From positions 1 through 64,000 of the IMG/VR virus record IMGVR_UViG_3300032516_000014: DNA of 64,000 nucleotides; one strand, given 5' to 3'. The translations under genes were made by a program, and so were the position numbers. Below, one piece after another: positions 49,562-58,978 of this stretch. Every line of letters begins with the position of its first letter. The first letter of the stretch is position 1. A model generated the notes under the pieces. It had not been told where the DNA came from. It saw only the letters and a list, made by a program, of their open reading frames with translations, and ran no database searches. Source of the stretch: a virus.

Positions 49562-49927
49562 TTAACTGGTCGGATTATCCGGGTGAGTAACAGCAACATC
49601 GGCTTCATCAGGCGATTGAGGCAACGTCGGCACTGGAGGAGGAGAAGGCCATTTCGAGTCGTCGTCGAGCGAAGCATACTGGATCGAGGTCTCCGGGGCC
49701 TTCGACTCTTCGACGGTGAGCGAAACCAGGTTCTCCAGGAAAAGCTCGTATCCCGCCACCACACCCGCGTTGGTGAGCCGGGAAGCGATCGAGCCCTGGC
49801 GCGTGAGGTCGGGCCGCATCGCGTGCGTATGCAACAGGGCTTCCTGAAGGACGGAGTTCTCAAGCAGCTCGCGTAACGCGATCGCTTTGTCGGAAGTCCA
49901 GAGCCCTAGTTTCTTGAAGACGATCAT
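49562..49927 (-). CDS. Hypothetical protein downstream of the portal
   Basis: ATGA-coupled 121-aa ORF. Confidence 0.65.
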   Translation of the reverse strand: MIVFKKLGLWTSDKAIALRELLENSVLQEALLHTHAMRPDLTRQGSIASRLTNAGVVAGYELFLENLVSLTVEESKAPETSIQYASLDDDSKWPSPPPVPTLPQSPDEADVAVTHPDNPTS

Positions 49928-52065
49928 ACCTGCGCGGGAGCCAGAGGAACAGGTGGAACAGGCTGTCCCGGATTCATAGGTGAAGCAGGCTCCGGCGGCG
50001 CAAACGCTTCCGGTGTGCCAACCCCGGGCTCCTGGCCGGCTTGCTCCTGGGCTGCCATTGCTTTGATCTTCTGCACCGCCGCTTTCGCTTGCTGCACAGC
50101 CTGAATGTCCTCAGCAAACACGTTTTTGTCCGCGCCCTGAGACAAAGCAAACCCTAGATGCTGCTCCGCATGCGACAACAAAATTTCCAGCAGCGCAACC
50201 GCGTCAGGTTGTGTCATCGCTGCCGACACTGTCGCCGTAATCGCCTGCAACTGCACGTCCAGATGAATGCGATGATTATCCCGAGGAGACACCGGCACTT
50301 CCTGCCCGTGCACCATCAGGAAATTCTCAAGCTGCTGCATGCGCGCTTGCTCTGCCAACTCCGTCGGGTCTTCGTCCGGCAGCAAAATCTGGTCCGCAAA
50401 ATCCCCGCTAATCAAGGCCGAAACCTTCTCGCGTTCCAGTATCTTCTGATTGTAGAGCGGATTCGAGCGGCCCTCCTGGGCGATCACCACAATCTTCTGC
50501 CGCTGCAACTCCGTGAAGTCGGACACCGTGTTGATCGTCGGCTGATTCGCCAACATTTGCAACTCCTCCGGCGACATAACCTTCAACAACCGCTGCTGCA
50601 TCTGCTTCGCCGGCTCGTCATCCACTTGCTCCGAGCAAATCCGTTTCTGCATGATGCTCACCAGATCCGACATCTGGGTGAGAAACCGACCGATGATCGC
50701 GTCGGCCTTTTCGTCATCCCGGGCCGCGTAGAAGTCCACAGCAGCCTTCGTCACGCGCTCTCCCTGAAACACTTTAGGCGTGGTGCTGCCAGCAATCTGA
50801 TCGAGCAACCCCGTCAACCACGAGTCCATCGCGATGTAGGGGTCCACCGCGCCGTCAATCCTCTGCTGCGACACCTCGAAATTGTTCGACACAAGAATCG
50901 CATTGCCAAACACGTTCATGCGGAACTTGCGGAAATGCTTCTCGTCGCCGCGCAACACAAGCTTGCCCGCAAGCTGCAACCGATCGACGATCTCGTTGCG
51001 CGCACGGTCAAGGACGTTAGCCATCGCATAGACTTCGCGACCAATCCCCTTGCTGCCATGCAGGGTCCCATTGGCCTGCTGGAAACTGAAAAACGCCGCA
51101 ACGTCCGCCATCGACTCAAACCGGTCCGCCCGCCCAAACACCGGGTAGAACGCATTCGTTGCGTAAACCGAGTGACTCACCTTGCCCGTAACTTCCACCG
51201 CGAGCACATGCCAAAGCTCGATCACCGAAGCCCCCTGCATAAAACTTCCGAACAGCGACAGTTGCCGTTGCAAGTCCTCATATACGCGCGCCCAGTCCGC
51301 ATACTTGCTACGGATAGTCTGCGGAGAGGCCTCGTTGACCGCCTTCACGGCGTTCGGGATGTTCCAGCCTGCGTCATTCGCCGACTCGTGGTCCCTAATC
51401 CGGGCAAACAAATCATGAGGCAAAATCGTCTCTTTCAGCACCACAAGCTGCGCATACTCCGGGTTTTGCTTGGTCCCGATCGGGACGAAAAACTCATCTT
51501 GCCGAAACGCTTTCGGCCACCAGTCATACTCATCGAGACACGCGACTCCAGCAAACCCAAACAACGCGTTCTCCTGCGCAATCTCGGACACGAGGTTCTT
51601 CCACCCCTTGCGCCCCCGGATCAACTTCGTGATCTCCTCGCGAAAACGACGCGTTTTCTCCGTCGAGCCCTGGACATAGTCGGGCAACTGCGAACTGGTG
51701 AGAAACTTCACTTTGTCAAGCGCGTCGGCGAACCGCGGCGCCACCTTGTCGATCAACGTCGGCAGTGGCTTGGTCGAGAAATTCGCCTTCCACGAGAGGC
51801 CCTCCTGTTCCAGCAGTTCATCCTTCCACGGCTTCTCCGCGTCATACTTGCTCATGATCCGAGCCGCGATGATGTTACGCTGCCGGTTATCCTGCACGAG
51901 CTTGACGATGATCTGCGCCGCGACCGCTTGCGAGGGAACAGAGCGCTGCCGCGGCTGCATCGTCGCAGGATCGACCGCGGGACTCCTGATCATGCCCGCC
52001 TGGGCCGCATACTCGGAAATGTAGCTCTGCTCCAGACCTGTCGAATACGTGCTATCAGTTGCCAT
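49924..52065 (-). CDS. Portal protein
   Basis: 713 aa, after the terminase; P22-like C-terminal QARMQQLEN…PRDNHRIH segment and Pro/Gln tail. Confidence 0.75.
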   Translation of the reverse strand: MATDSTYSTGLEQSYISEYAAQAGMIRSPAVDPATMQPRQRSVPSQAVAAQIIVKLVQDNRQRNIIAARIMSKYDAEKPWKDELLEQEGLSWKANFSTKPLPTLIDKVAPRFADALDKVKFLTSSQLPDYVQGSTEKTRRFREEITKLIRGRKGWKNLVSEIAQENALFGFAGVACLDEYDWWPKAFRQDEFFVPIGTKQNPEYAQLVVLKETILPHDLFARIRDHESANDAGWNIPNAVKAVNEASPQTIRSKYADWARVYEDLQRQLSLFGSFMQGASVIELWHVLAVEVTGKVSHSVYATNAFYPVFGRADRFESMADVAAFFSFQQANGTLHGSKGIGREVYAMANVLDRARNEIVDRLQLAGKLVLRGDEKHFRKFRMNVFGNAILVSNNFEVSQQRIDGAVDPYIAMDSWLTGLLDQIAGSTTPKVFQGERVTKAAVDFYAARDDEKADAIIGRFLTQMSDLVSIMQKRICSEQVDDEPAKQMQQRLLKVMSPEELQMLANQPTINTVSDFTELQRQKIVVIAQEGRSNPLYNQKILEREKVSALISGDFADQILLPDEDPTELAEQARMQQLENFLMVHGQEVPVSPRDNHRIHLDVQLQAITATVSAAMTQPDAVALLEILLSHAEQHLGFALSQGADKNVFAEDIQAVQQAKAAVQKIKAMAAQEQAGQEPGVGTPEAFAPPEPASPMNPGQPVPPVPLAPAQV

Positions 52066-52071
52066 AGAATC

Positions 52072-52350
52072 TCACTTCTTCTTGCGAAAGCGCGCCCAGG
52101 TCCACTTCGCGCGCTCCCAGTAACCGCGAGGACACCGCTCCGCCGAAAACAAAACCTTCACCGGCAACATGCACAAGCATACCTGGCATTGGGTGGTCTC
52201 CCACAAAAACTCGGAACACCGCACGCACCGCGCCGTTCGAGCCGATGAAACGTCATTCGGAACCGTGGTGTGCCCGTTGAAAATCCACCACAGGAAATTC
52301 AACATCCCGGCCTTCGCCGCATACCAAAACATGCGTGGCGCGACTTTCAT
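52072..52350 (-). CDS. Small Cys-rich metal-binding protein
   Basis: RxxxCxxC…CxxCxC…K…CPxGxW. Confidence 0.7.
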   Translation of the reverse strand: MKVAPRMFWYAAKAGMLNFLWWIFNGHTTVPNDVSSARTARCVRCSEFLWETTQCQVCLCMLPVKVLFSAERCPRGYWERAKWTWARFRKKK

Positions 52351-52931
52351 CGAGTCCAACAGTTCGCCGGCAAGAACGGGTATCCCATCGGGCGCCGTTC
52401 AAGCAACACCGAAACCCGCGTATCAGTGCCCAGTGCCCGGCAAGCCCGCAACGACTCCTGGCCGAGCTTCTTTCCCCGCTGCAAAATTCCCGAGATATTG
52501 TCGATCACCGAAGAGCACGTCGCACAGCTCTTGCCCAGGTCGGCTTGCTGCGGACACTTGGCGCACACCTCCACTCGCGCCCGAACTTCTTCGTCGCGAA
52601 TATAACTCAATCCGCCTTCGCCACTCTTTCGGAACGTAAACGCGAGCCATCCCGTCACCTTTCCATCCAGCGACGCATTCTCGGAAATCTTCGGCTGTTC
52701 GGCCGGCATCCCCTGTCCACAAAGCCCCGGATTGTTCGCACATAAGAAATCCGTCAACTGGTGTTCCAACGCAGTAAGTGCCTTGGGAGAAGTATCAAGC
52801 CGGCGCTGCACCCGATACTCAACCAGCTTGTTGAGCAGCCCGTCAAAGTCCCCGGCCGTAAACCGCACACCTTCAGCGTCGATGAAGAAATACCCATTGC
52901 AGGGGTAGATGTTCGGATTGATCCTGGCCAT
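52347..52931 (-). CDS. Cys-rich hypothetical protein
   Basis: RVEVCAKCP…CATC…C…CW. Confidence 0.7.
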   Translation of the reverse strand: MARINPNIYPCNGYFFIDAEGVRFTAGDFDGLLNKLVEYRVQRRLDTSPKALTALEHQLTDFLCANNPGLCGQGMPAEQPKISENASLDGKVTGWLAFTFRKSGEGGLSYIRDEEVRARVEVCAKCPQQADLGKSCATCSSVIDNISGILQRGKKLGQESLRACRALGTDTRVSVLLERRPMGYPFLPANCWTR

Positions 52932-53026
52932 GAAAAAGAAGGAGCGGCGGAGTCGATCAAGTCATGCACGCCGGACTTACCGGCTGCTGATTGAGAACTT
53001 TTGGCTGCGCGCCGCTCATAAGTGAC

Positions 53027-53188
53027 TTAAAAGCGGCCCGAGGTGCACGTGCCCGTGCCCGACTTATGCGCGGACGACACCGGAAGTTGCTTCGGAAGTC
53101 GCAACGGCAAATTATGGACCGTGTTCGGAGGTCGCAACGGCAAAATGTGAATCGTGCCTTGACCAGACTTCGGAGAGGATGTGCTCAT
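53027..53188 (-). CDS. Possible small protein with internal duplication
   Basis: TIHILPLRPPN / TVHNLPLRLPK, from an imperfect 33-bp tandem repeat at about 53092-53157. Confidence 0.4.
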   Translation of the reverse strand: MSTSSPKSGQGTIHILPLRPPNTVHNLPLRLPKQLPVSSAHKSGTGTCTSGRF

Positions 53189-53260
53189 AATGGATTGGAA
53201 CTGTAAACCAAGTAAACTGTGCTTCGTCACGATACTCAATTGCCTTTTTCTGCGTTTTGG

Positions 53261-55150
53261 TCAAGCAATCCCCCAGTCCTCGCGCTCCAAACGGTTCGTG
53301 CAGTCGCATACCACGACCGGCTCTCCGTCGTCCAAACCCGGACCCGATTCCGTCGCCGGAAGCAGTTCGCCCTTCATGCTCAGACTCACCCCCGCCGCCA
53401 TTCGGATGCCGTGAACCAACAGCGTCACCGCGTCTGCTTCATTGGGGGAGGAGGCCATTTCCCGACTGCGGTAATCGTCCTTTTCCTCCACTTTGGCCAG
53501 CTTCCCCGGAGCGTATCTCCGCTTGCCAAGCTGCCGATACAACTCCGCCGTATCAATAGCCGGCGCCAACTTCACGAAATCAAACTCGATCCACTTTTTC
53601 AACGCAAACCAAAGCTCCGAGACAAGCTTCTGGTAAACCTCCTTCGGAGTCTGCTCGTCCTCCTCGAAAATCTTCTTCTCCGTCGCCGCCTCCGAGTAGT
53701 TGACGGCCATGATCTCTGGGCTCCAAATCTCCCGCAGCAAATCAACGACCCCCGCCCCGTGCCCCGTCTTGTCCAGCATGATGTGCCCCGGCTGCACGCC
53801 AAGCTGCAAAGAAAATTCCCGAACCTTCCGGGTCATGGCAACCGTCTCACCCTTCGGCAACTCGAAAATCGCCTCCACCTGCAACCCGTAGCGGGGCCTG
53901 GATCTACCCAAAGAATCCTGGAACATGGTCGTCGTGCCCTTGGGATGCTGAATTGAGGGAGGCAACTCGACGCCGACCGCGATACCGAACAGCCCGTGCG
54001 CATAGACCGCTGCATCGCCCCCGGTCAGCGCCAGATCCACCCCCGCGTAACCCGAAGGCCGCTCCGAGAAGATCAGCTTCCCCTTGAACCGATCAAGTAT
54101 CCCCTGCGGAATGACCGCGAAGTTCACGCCTTCGGGCGGATAACACCCCCGAGCCATCGTGAAATAGCCCGGCGTTCCGATCCCGCCCGCATTCGAGATC
54201 ACGTTTTGCAGCCCCTCAGCAGTCTGCAAGCCGGGGTAAATCACCTTTTTCTGCACCACGTTCGGGCATCGGTAGGCATCGAGCCGAACCACGTCCCAGC
54301 CGCGTTTACTCCGCCACTGCTCCGACTTCTCGATGTCGAAGCCAAGCTGCCAGCCTTGCTGAGGCTCCGCACGCTGGCCCGTGTTGCCGTTCATGTCGCG
54401 CGGGTTATAGGCACCGATGATCTTGAAGTTTTCCACCCCGTTCACGTTCGACACGGAGTTGTCGATGTCTTTCCACACCGCTAACGGCACCTCTTCGAGT
54501 TCATCCAGGAAGATAAACAGCCGAGACAGCGTCCCAAAAATAGGATGCTTGTGCTTCCGCGGTCGGTTGTGGAATCCCTGCAACCTGCCGGCGGCTTTGG
54601 TCTTACCGATCGGAATCACCACCCCCGAGATCGAGGAAAACCGCTGCCTGGTGTTGAGCCCGATGAAGAGCTGCTGGATCGTGCCGGGCAACGGCAAAGA
54701 CGATTCCCGATGCAAATCCACCAGATGAGAAAACAAGTTGTCTTCAAGATGCTGCTCGGAGGGACCGATCAGCTTCACCGAGGTATTCTCCGGGTCCCGC
54801 ACCCACTCCAACAACAGCCGGCCCCCGATTGAATACGACTTCCCCAGGGAAGCCGCGCCCATGATCAGCATCAGCGCCGACCGGTCGAACGTGCGCCAAA
54901 GCAACTTCGTGCCCGGGGCGTCCGTGGTGAACTTCGCCTCATCCCACAACAAGCGCGCAGCTTGATCAGTCCGCTCGTGGTCCAGGCACCACTGCAAGAG
55001 CGAGTAAAGCAACGGCATCGCCTCTTCGGCAACCCGCGGAAGACGATCCAGCTTAGAAAACGCCGCGATATGCTGGCCAGCTTTGACATAGCTCTTCGTG
55101 CGCAACTCGTGCGCAACTTCCGCAATCAATGTATCCCGGGCGTCACTCAT
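53261..55150 (-). CDS. terL: Terminase large subunit
   Basis: Walker A GAASLGKS, Walker B FIFLDE, GAYNP, nuclease GVDLA, DKTGHG, SPNEADA. Confidence 0.9.
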   Translation of the reverse strand: MSDARDTLIAEVAHELRTKSYVKAGQHIAAFSKLDRLPRVAEEAMPLLYSLLQWCLDHERTDQAARLLWDEAKFTTDAPGTKLLWRTFDRSALMLIMGAASLGKSYSIGGRLLLEWVRDPENTSVKLIGPSEQHLEDNLFSHLVDLHRESSLPLPGTIQQLFIGLNTRQRFSSISGVVIPIGKTKAAGRLQGFHNRPRKHKHPIFGTLSRLFIFLDELEEVPLAVWKDIDNSVSNVNGVENFKIIGAYNPRDMNGNTGQRAEPQQGWQLGFDIEKSEQWRSKRGWDVVRLDAYRCPNVVQKKVIYPGLQTAEGLQNVISNAGGIGTPGYFTMARGCYPPEGVNFAVIPQGILDRFKGKLIFSERPSGYAGVDLALTGGDAAVYAHGLFGIAVGVELPPSIQHPKGTTTMFQDSLGRSRPRYGLQVEAIFELPKGETVAMTRKVREFSLQLGVQPGHIMLDKTGHGAGVVDLLREIWSPEIMAVNYSEAATEKKIFEEDEQTPKEVYQKLVSELWFALKKWIEFDFVKLAPAIDTAELYRQLGKRRYAPGKLAKVEEKDDYRSREMASSPNEADAVTLLVHGIRMAAGVSLSMKGELLPATESGPGLDDGEPVVVCDCTNRLEREDWGIA

Positions 55151-55985
55151 ACAACGGAGCCGCGTCACGCACATTAACGTCATTCCCGCAAACCCTCAAC
55201 TGCCGGGCGACTTCCGCAAAACCGCTATGCAAATCTGCGACCATCACCCGAGCCCGCCTCAAAATTTCCATGTCGAGAAAACAGTTCAAGTACATCTCCC
55301 GCAACTTCAAATCGCCCCGCTGCAACTGCGGAGCCACTGTCACGTCCGCTTTCTGCCACTCATCGGGAGGCCGATAGTGCGGCGCTTGCGACACCTCAAA
55401 ATCGAGTTTAGACGCCAACTCGACAAACTGCCCAAACGCGTCCGACGTATCCGAACAAATCACTACCTTGTTTAGTCCGAAGTTACCCCGAAGCGTTTTA
55501 CACGCCGCAAGGTAGCAAGACAGGTCGATCGCATTCGATTCTGCAATCGGTCCCGCCACTTTGTCCCCGCGCCGAATGTGCACCCCGATGTAAGACTTTC
55601 GCTCCAACTTCTGTAAAAATGCATCCGCAGCCAGAAAGTCGCACACGTGTTTCGCCGGGCGATAAAGCTGCTGCATCAGGGCAGAATGGTAGCCAAACGC
55701 GGTGTGGTGTCCCTTCGGAAACCACTCACGCTGCTCCGCTCGATCCTGCTGCGCGAGCCCCAGGTTACTTAGCTCGACAATTTCCGCGCCAGTCAGCGCG
55801 TCAAACGAAACAGTGGACATACTTTCAAACCAATCCTGCACCCTCCCCGTATGAAAAATGGGATAATTGTTTTCCTCGTAGAAAAACTCCCACCCCCGCA
55901 CTTCCGCGAAAGTGCGCCCCCACCGCGCGTGCAGCAAGTGCGCCCCAAAAGGCCACCACAAATCTGACATTTTGAGAATCGTCAT
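55143..55985 (-). CDS. Fucosyltransferase-like protein (NodZ/FUT8, GT23-type)
   Basis: YIGVHIRRGDK, ICSD, DMEIL…SGF motifs; start MTILKM at 55985. Confidence 0.8.
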   Translation of the reverse strand: MTILKMSDLWWPFGAHLLHARWGRTFAEVRGWEFFYEENNYPIFHTGRVQDWFESMSTVSFDALTGAEIVELSNLGLAQQDRAEQREWFPKGHHTAFGYHSALMQQLYRPAKHVCDFLAADAFLQKLERKSYIGVHIRRGDKVAGPIAESNAIDLSCYLAACKTLRGNFGLNKVVICSDTSDAFGQFVELASKLDFEVSQAPHYRPPDEWQKADVTVAPQLQRGDLKLREMYLNCFLDMEILRRARVMVADLHSGFAEVARQLRVCGNDVNVRDAAPLYE

Positions 55986-56650
55986 ACCGCTCGCAAACTC
56001 TGAAGCGTTCCGACCCAGTTTCGTTCGTTTCCCGACACCAGTCCCGCGGTCCCGCGCGGATAGTGTACTACCGGCGAAGTTTGCCAGTCTGTCCGTTGAG
56101 CACGCCCACCCCAAACGTCTGCACCACGCACCGGAAATTCTACAAGCACCCCCGGCACAAGCGTCGCTTCCTTGCAACCATGCCAACAATACTGCGTCAA
56201 ACAGTGCATGTCCTGGGATTCTTCGGCCCGGGGCCACGTTTGCACAAAATCGACGATCACGTTTGCAAGCTTCGCCGACCACAGCCGATCCGCAAAGATC
56301 ATCGGAGAAGTCGTGCCGTTGAAATACTTCAACCCGGTCCAGTCTGCTACGGGCGACTGCAATCCGTAATTCATCACGCTGTAATTCGTCAGCAGTCCGC
56401 CGCCGCACGCGGCCAGAGCCAGCCACCGCGCAAAGCACCGCTTATCGTAATCGATCCCACACAGCGACGGAAATGAACGCCGATCCACGGCCTGCACCAA
56501 CTCCTGGAATCGAGCGTGCGCCCGCGCTTCCGCAAGAGAAAGCACCTGCGTCTGCCAGCCGCGTTTTCGCCAACTATTCGCCCAAAGCTCCGTCAAAGGC
56601 CAAAAATTCGGATGCCCCGGCAACGGGTCGTAAAACGTAAACACTTTCAT
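55982..56650 (-). CDS. Glycosyltransferase-like protein with degenerate DxD, paralog of 56647-57279
   Basis: LWANSWRKRGW, CFARWLA, LLTNYSVMNY. Confidence 0.6.
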   Translation of the reverse strand: MKVFTFYDPLPGHPNFWPLTELWANSWRKRGWQTQVLSLAEARAHARFQELVQAVDRRSFPSLCGIDYDKRCFARWLALAACGGGLLTNYSVMNYGLQSPVADWTGLKYFNGTTSPMIFADRLWSAKLANVIVDFVQTWPRAEESQDMHCLTQYCWHGCKEATLVPGVLVEFPVRGADVWGGRAQRTDWQTSPVVHYPRGTAGLVSGNERNWVGTLQSLRAV

Positions 56651-57279
56651 AATTCTCGAAGGCAACGAATGCTCGGGGCTTTGTGCGGCCAGTCTTGCGG
56701 GAAGTCCCGCCACAAAGTTGCATTTGCATAATGCACGCATGGGCACTCAAACCAACGAGGCCAAGAATATACCCGGCAACATTGGCACCCCGAAGGAGGC
56801 ACGTATTTCGCAACCACAAACATATCGCTAATATGGGGTCGCCCTGCCCTCGACACCACGCAGTCCCCCTCCGGAAGCGTCAAAATCCGAGTGACGAGAC
56901 TCCGCGCGCCCTCCGCCGACGCTGACACAAATCCACTTGATCCCGAGGCGTCGTGAGAAGCGCAAACTTCGACCACGAAATCTTCAGGCCGCAAAGAGTA
57001 GTTGATCACGTCGGCGTCCACAATAATCCCGCCGCCGACCTGCTCGAAGGCCAGCCATCGGAGCCAGCACACGTCTTCATAGTCTCGTGTGTTCACCGTG
57101 GGGAAACTTGCGATTCGATCTCGAAAAACAGAGAAGCGCGGATTGTCTTGTGCGTGCTCGCGACCGAGCACTTCAGGACGCCATCCGCGCTTCGACCAAG
57201 ACTCTTTCCAGAGTTCGATCAGTGCTTTTTGCTCGTCTTCATTTCCAGGCAAGTTTTCCGAATACGTGAATACGGTCAC
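56647..57279 (-). CDS. GT-A glycosyltransferase-like protein
   Basis: LWKESWSKRGW, CWLRWLA, GGIIVDADVINY, HISDM. Confidence 0.65.
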   Translation of the reverse strand: MTVFTYSENLPGNEDEQKALIELWKESWSKRGWRPEVLGREHAQDNPRFSVFRDRIASFPTVNTRDYEDVCWLRWLAFEQVGGGIIVDADVINYSLRPEDFVVEVCASHDASGSSGFVSASAEGARSLVTRILTLPEGDCVVSRAGRPHISDMFVVAKYVPPSGCQCCRVYSWPRWFECPCVHYANATLWRDFPQDWPHKAPSIRCLREL

Positions 57280-57292
57280 GTATTCATATTGC

Positions 57293-57619
57293 CTAACAGG
57301 CCGGTCCGGTCAAGTCACTCGACTTGATCGGGTGCTCCTCCGGCCGGTCAATAACGTCGTCGCTGATCCGCTGGTGCGCGCCTGGAGGCACCTGGCACCA
57401 AGGCCCGCCAGTGCGCGGCCAGTTCGGAGTCGGAGGATACGTCGAAGGAAAGATCTCCGACGGCGGCGGAAAGACAGGCGGCGACACTATCGGCGACGGC
57501 CGCATCGCATTCGCACGCTCCGTCGCTGTCGCAATCCGCTCCAACGCCGCCGCAATCCGCTCCAAATACTCCCGCTTCCACTCTTTCAATGCGTGTCCAT
57601 TACATCCCGCGTTCGACAT
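57293..57619 (-). CDS. Hypothetical protein with LERIA repeats and Pro-rich tail
   Basis: LERIAAALERIATATERA. Confidence 0.6.
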   Translation of the reverse strand: MSNAGCNGHALKEWKREYLERIAAALERIATATERANAMRPSPIVSPPVFPPPSEIFPSTYPPTPNWPRTGGPWCQVPPGAHQRISDDVIDRPEEHPIKSSDLTGPAC

Positions 57620-57621
57620 AA

Positions 57622-57942
57622 CTATCCTCTCAGTTTGCCGGCAGCGTAGTTCAACACCAGCGCGTCCAGCGTTTTCTTCCCGCCATTGTGCACCGCGCAC
57701 GACTTGACCACGAGGTCGAAGACGTGGCGATCCAAAGCATCGAGAAACTCCCGCCCCGCCCGATGCCCGTGTTCCCTGGCCTTCCGGCGGACTTCGCTGA
57801 CCCGAATGTAATGCCGCGCCAGCAGCGGAGGCCCCGAAAGGACTCCCTCACCAGCAAACACTTCCACCAGCGTCTTACCCAGACACGGCGCCGGCAATTC
57901 GGCCGGCGTCCGACCCCCGCATGCTCCGTCTCCAATGCTCAT
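57622..57942 (-). CDS. Histone-fold-like protein
   Basis: YIRVSEVRRKAREHGHRAGREFLDALDRHVFDLVVKSC…GKKTL pattern. Confidence 0.6.
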   Translation of the reverse strand: MSIGDGACGGRTPAELPAPCLGKTLVEVFAGEGVLSGPPLLARHYIRVSEVRRKAREHGHRAGREFLDALDRHVFDLVVKSCAVHNGGKKTLDALVLNYAAGKLRG

Positions 57943-58349
57943 AGCAACCCTTTCTCGTGATACCGCTTCCCTTGCTCAATTAACGCAACCGCCTGCGGGT
58001 GCGTCCGCCTGGCCGCCAACAGCGCGACCGGCACCCGGGCCGCCGCTTTGCTGTCGAAACAGCGGTCGCAGAATATCATCGACTGGAGTATCTGGCCCCC
58101 GGAAACACCGAAGATGTCAACCCCCGTGGCACTGCGACAATCGAGAATGCCCCGGCACATCGGGCAAAAGCAAGTCATGCCGACGAAACCTTTGAACGCC
58201 GACGCCCGGATTGCAGCATCGGGGAACTTGTCCGCATCGACCAGCGAGATCCCCGAGACTTGCAGCACCGGCGGCGATGCGCACGAAGGCCGATGCGACT
58301 TGCGGACGTTCCGCCGCACATCATCCAGCAACAGTTCGCTCTGAATCAT
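57939..58349 (-). CDS. Hypothetical zinc-finger protein
   Basis: CPMC…CDRC. Confidence 0.6.
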   Translation of the reverse strand: MIQSELLLDDVRRNVRKSHRPSCASPPVLQVSGISLVDADKFPDAAIRASAFKGFVGMTCFCPMCRGILDCRSATGVDIFGVSGGQILQSMIFCDRCFDSKAAARVPVALLAARRTHPQAVALIEQGKRYHEKGLL

Positions 58350-58356
58350 ACGCCTC

Positions 58357-58518
58357 CTATCCCGCTCGCTCTTTCCACTTTTCCGCCAAGTCATCCATCC
58401 GTTTCAGGAGGGCCAACAGGTCGAGGTAGTATTGCTGCCTCGAACCTTGCTCCGCGGCCTGGTCTCGCAACCAGCGAACCAGGCGGTCTTCATCGCAATT
58501 TGTGTTTTGTAACTTCAT
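58357..58518 (-). CDS. Small hypothetical protein
   Basis: MKLQNTNC…, ATGA-coupled. Confidence 0.55.
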   Translation of the reverse strand: MKLQNTNCDEDRLVRWLRDQAAEQGSRQQYYLDLLALLKRMDDLAEKWKERAG

Positions 58519-58838
58519 ACGCATTCCTTGTGAAACCACCAGCCACACTGGCGGCAATTGTAGTGAGTGAGCTTGCCCAGGCTCCCGCCGGCAAAAGCCT
58601 CGCCGCCGCACATCGGGCACTGCTCGTGTTCGGGGGCCTCGAAGTCGCAACCGACCTCCTCCGCCGGCTTCGTGGCCTCTGTGATCGCCCTCAAACACGC
58701 CAGGCAGGTGATCGTCGCATCGACTTGGAAGAAACTACCCCGGCTCCCTGGAGTCTGCCCGCACAACGCGCCTTCCTGCTCCGCCGCATGAACGCGCTTA
58801 CCGCACTCACTCCGACACGCTTCAAAAGTTCTGTTCAT
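58515..58838 (-). CDS. Cys-rich zinc-ribbon protein, probably leaderless
   Basis: CLAC, CPMC, CRQC; ATG lies 6 nt after a -10-like box. Confidence 0.65.
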   Translation of the reverse strand: MNRTFEACRSECGKRVHAAEQEGALCGQTPGSRGSFFQVDATITCLACLRAITEATKPAEEVGCDFEAPEHEQCPMCGGEAFAGGSLGKLTHYNCRQCGWWFHKECV

Positions 58839-58978
58839 GCGCTCACTTTCGCACACCCAGCACCGGAGCGCAATCCCGCAAAACACGATTACAGGTGCGC
58901 TTATAGTTTGAAAAAGCGCACCTGTAATCGTCCAAAGGGCTGTTGCAATCGCCAGGAAGCGGGATTACCGTCCCACCA
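58838..58978. promoter_or_regulatory. Symmetric divergent promoter pair around an 18-bp perfect inverted repeat
   Basis: IR 58885-58902/58914-58931; plus strand TTGCAA-17-TACCGT-6-ATG; minus strand TTGCGC-17-GAAAGT-6-ATG. Confidence 0.8.

Noticed and set aside
50158-52248. 696-aa plus-strand ORF, and similar long antisense ORFs such as 44298-45638 and 35096-36328
   Set aside because: Shadow frames of GC-rich minus-strand genes; no motifs and implausible composition
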